Positions 61,476 to 64,000 of a stretch of 64,000 nucleotides of DNA are shown here, one piece after another; the stretch's first letter is position 1; each line of letters opens with the position of its first letter. The translations under genes and the position numbers were made by a program. This stretch comes from Marsupella aquatica (lineage: Eukaryota > Plantae > Marchantiophyta). The notes under the pieces are model-generated. The model saw nothing but the letters and a program-made list of their open reading frames with translations. It had not been told where the DNA came from and made no database searches. The stretch lies in contig OZ316894.1 in NCBI GenBank assembly GCA_973895155.1, positions 16,724,216 to 16,788,215 of the forward strand, read 5' to 3'.

Positions 61476-64000
61476 TCATCCGCTGCCCTCAGCTGCATTA
61501 TCCACCTTTTCGATTTCACCATTTTCCTCCCTAGCGAACTCTTCGATTAGTCTACGTTGTTCTTGGGTTAGATTCCTGCAATATTACATGAGAAACGAAC
61601 ACTTAGACGTGCATCATTTGGATGACAGAGTTTTAGATAAACTTTTCAGATCCGTCTGAAACCTCGAGGCGCGTTGTCTAGGTCCTCCACTTCGGTTCAA
61701 GAATTTGGCTAATCTGCTCAATCTAAGCCTTATAAGTGTTTTTTAAAGCCCTAGAACAAGGAGGTGGGTGGCCCAGATGTCCTAGGCGGCCCTACCTAGC
61801 ACCAAGGTTCAGAGCACATCTCAACCTACTACACTCATAATACGAAGCAAACATCCGTTTCTGCAAGCTCATACAGAGGACTGTGTAACCAAATCAATCT
61901 CTCCTAAGTATCCAATAAAGTCTAGGGGATCCAGAGGCCAGGATTTTTTCCAGCTAAAAAATGAAAGTCATTTATTCAATGGCGTTTCCCGAAATTGCTC
62001 ACTGGGCAGTCAATTGTGGATAACTCAGAAGATGATACTTACACAGGGATGACAACATTGAAGTGAACGTATTGATCACCATAGTGCTTGGAGTTCAGCT
62101 TCTTGATTCCTGTAGAATCATGCAGAGCTTCAGCAATTGGTTCTTCAATGCATCAAAAATGGATTCAAGTGAGTTCTACACTACCATTAGTAAGGGTCAT
62201 CTATAGTTTTCTTAGGTAAATGTCTGTTTTAGGTACCATCTCACAATGTCACGCCCCTCAAATAGTGGTGAAATGTGAGCTCACGAGGTGATTAGACTTT
62301 TGTTGTCAAATGAGGTTTACCTTTGCCTCGTAGCACAAGCTTTTGGCCAGGCTGTGTTCCTGGACGAACCTGGTCAAGTCCACGAGACAGACTTTAGTCC
62401 AATGTCTAAAGGCTGCTGAACATGTTACAAAATCATCCTACTCCGTGCAGGTTCATAAACGTTTCTGAAAAAAATTGAACTGCAAAACATCGCACAATTC
62501 GCAGAAACCATGCTATGGCCACACTGTCCAAGAACCCTACTGTAAAAGAGGAGTAACTGGATCAGAAATAATATTCAACAAGCACCTTCAGTATCACATC
62601 CCCAGTCAAAGTTTGCACTTGAACTTGACCCCCTAGAATAGCCTGTGTGAAGCTGATGGATGTATTTAGATGGATGTCCGCTCCATCCCTCTTGAACGCA
62701 GGGTCATCCACAACCTGCGGCAAGGTTTGGGCATTCCAATCACGGTCAATAATCAGTTCAGAAATTCTAAGCCAGAGGAATGCATAGGTGCGAAAGAAAA
62801 GTTGATGAAAACTCAATTCCTGAGGTTAGGGAGTGCGAAGCCAAGCTCAAACAAATTGCCCTGCGAAATCCTCTACCCTCGAACGCGGCCTAAGGGTACA
62901 AGAGGCCTACACAGCTTATAAACTAAGTATGTTCTAACTAATTTTATCAATGGTGTTGCAAGTAACTATCCTGCCTTCAAGTTCGATGGGCATGTGCACG
63001 AGTTCTATAGTCTAAAATGAAAAATGACAGCTTCAAGATTTGCAAAAGCAGTAGACTTATCCTATAGTTAAAATGCATCACAACACAAGGTCCGCCCTGG
63101 TAGGAAAAACAGGGCATGGTCTGCAGAGAATATGCCTCGGAACAGAACTTTACCCGCAAATTCACATAGAGGTCCGGTGCTCTAGCTCCAGCAGCACCTC
63201 CACCGCCTTCTCCTTGCAGCTTAATTGTCAAACCAGTGTCCACGCCTGCCCATCAATGCACTTGTTAGAAGGTGAGATCCAGGAGTCCTGAAAATCTGCA
63301 ACTGCTAGCAGGATACGATCCATATTTTATTTGTAACTGTTGCTGACGAAAAAGTACCCTCTCCATTCCATTTCTAGTTGAATGTCACCTCCGCTCTCAA
63401 AGCTCACGCAAAGAAATCATGCAACAACCCGTCCAGTGAGCACTATAACGGGCAAGTGAATGCATGCCGTGCCACTTTAATCCGCACTAACAAACCCTGT
63501 AGACGCCCAACTCATAGATTGCCCCGAATCTCCAGGGCAGTCATATCAGGAGAAATTTCTCTATTTTTCTATTTGATGTAAGATACCACAATATTGCAAC
63601 AGATACAAGACCGCCATATAATAAGAACTGGAAATCCCTTGACATGAAGATGCAAAATGTCAAGTAGATAAACTAAGGGTTGCATCCCAAAACATTGGGT
63701 CATCAAACTTTGGAGGGAATCAAGCCTAGCCAAGAGACTTACCAGGAGGAACAACTACATCAACTTGTTTGATGCCTCTAACAGTCCCGGCACCTCCACA
63801 GGTGGAACACTTTTCCTGCAGTGAAAGCATGTCCCTTCAATATTGCATTACCTAGATTACATTTCCGTAAAAGAGGTCGAGCGCAGACTTAGAAGTAAGC
63901 TGAGACTGGAGCTGAGCAAAAGGAGACCCCAATACTTATAAGAAACCAAGTTAGTCAACTCACCCTCACAAATTGGCCAGAACCGTCGCAAACTCGACAC
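61476..64000 (-). CDS. Type I DnaJ/Hsp40 chaperone, GFA2-like (probably mitochondrial); 5' part beyond the window. Exons about 64000-63964, 63815-63742, 63246-63154, 62714-62586, 62370-62321, 62110-62042, 61575-61476
   Basis: CRVCDGSG and CSTCGGAG zinc-finger repeats, VPPGVDTGLTIKLQGEGG, DPAFKRDGADIH, ISFTQAILGGQVQVQTLTGDVILKVRPGTQPGQKLVLRGKGI, GDQYVHFNVVIP, NLTQEQRRLIEEFA. Confidence 0.9.

Overview
Eukaryotic land-plant nuclear DNA with spliceosomal GT-AG introns. The gene set and transposon types suggest a non-seed plant, probably a bryophyte, but that is inference only. Six host genes are recognisable: a 5'-truncated DUF21/CBS (CNNM) gene (+), an intronless RUP-type WD40 gene (+), an intronless At1g29790-like SAM methyltransferase (-), EMC2 (-, 9 exons), a canonical PIF1 helicase (-, 2 coding exons) and the 3' part of a GFA2-like type I DnaJ (-). 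Between them lie two related, degenerate Ty1/Copia elements on the minus strand; the second has both 344-bp LTRs and a TGATA target-site duplication (TSD). Nested in that second Copia is a 3987-bp TG...CA unit with its own ATGAC TSD, no internal direct repeats and no gag/pol. It carries a TATA box and a roughly 730-codon decayed gene, so it looks like a gene-bearing solo LTR and is the most unusual object here. Also present are a Mutator-like element with about 1.28-kb tandem-repeat-containing TIRs and a 10-bp TSD, a relic of a CRE-type (restriction-like endonuclease) LINE, and several dispersed repeats. All coordinates, alignments and family assignments were made by eye; no searches were run.
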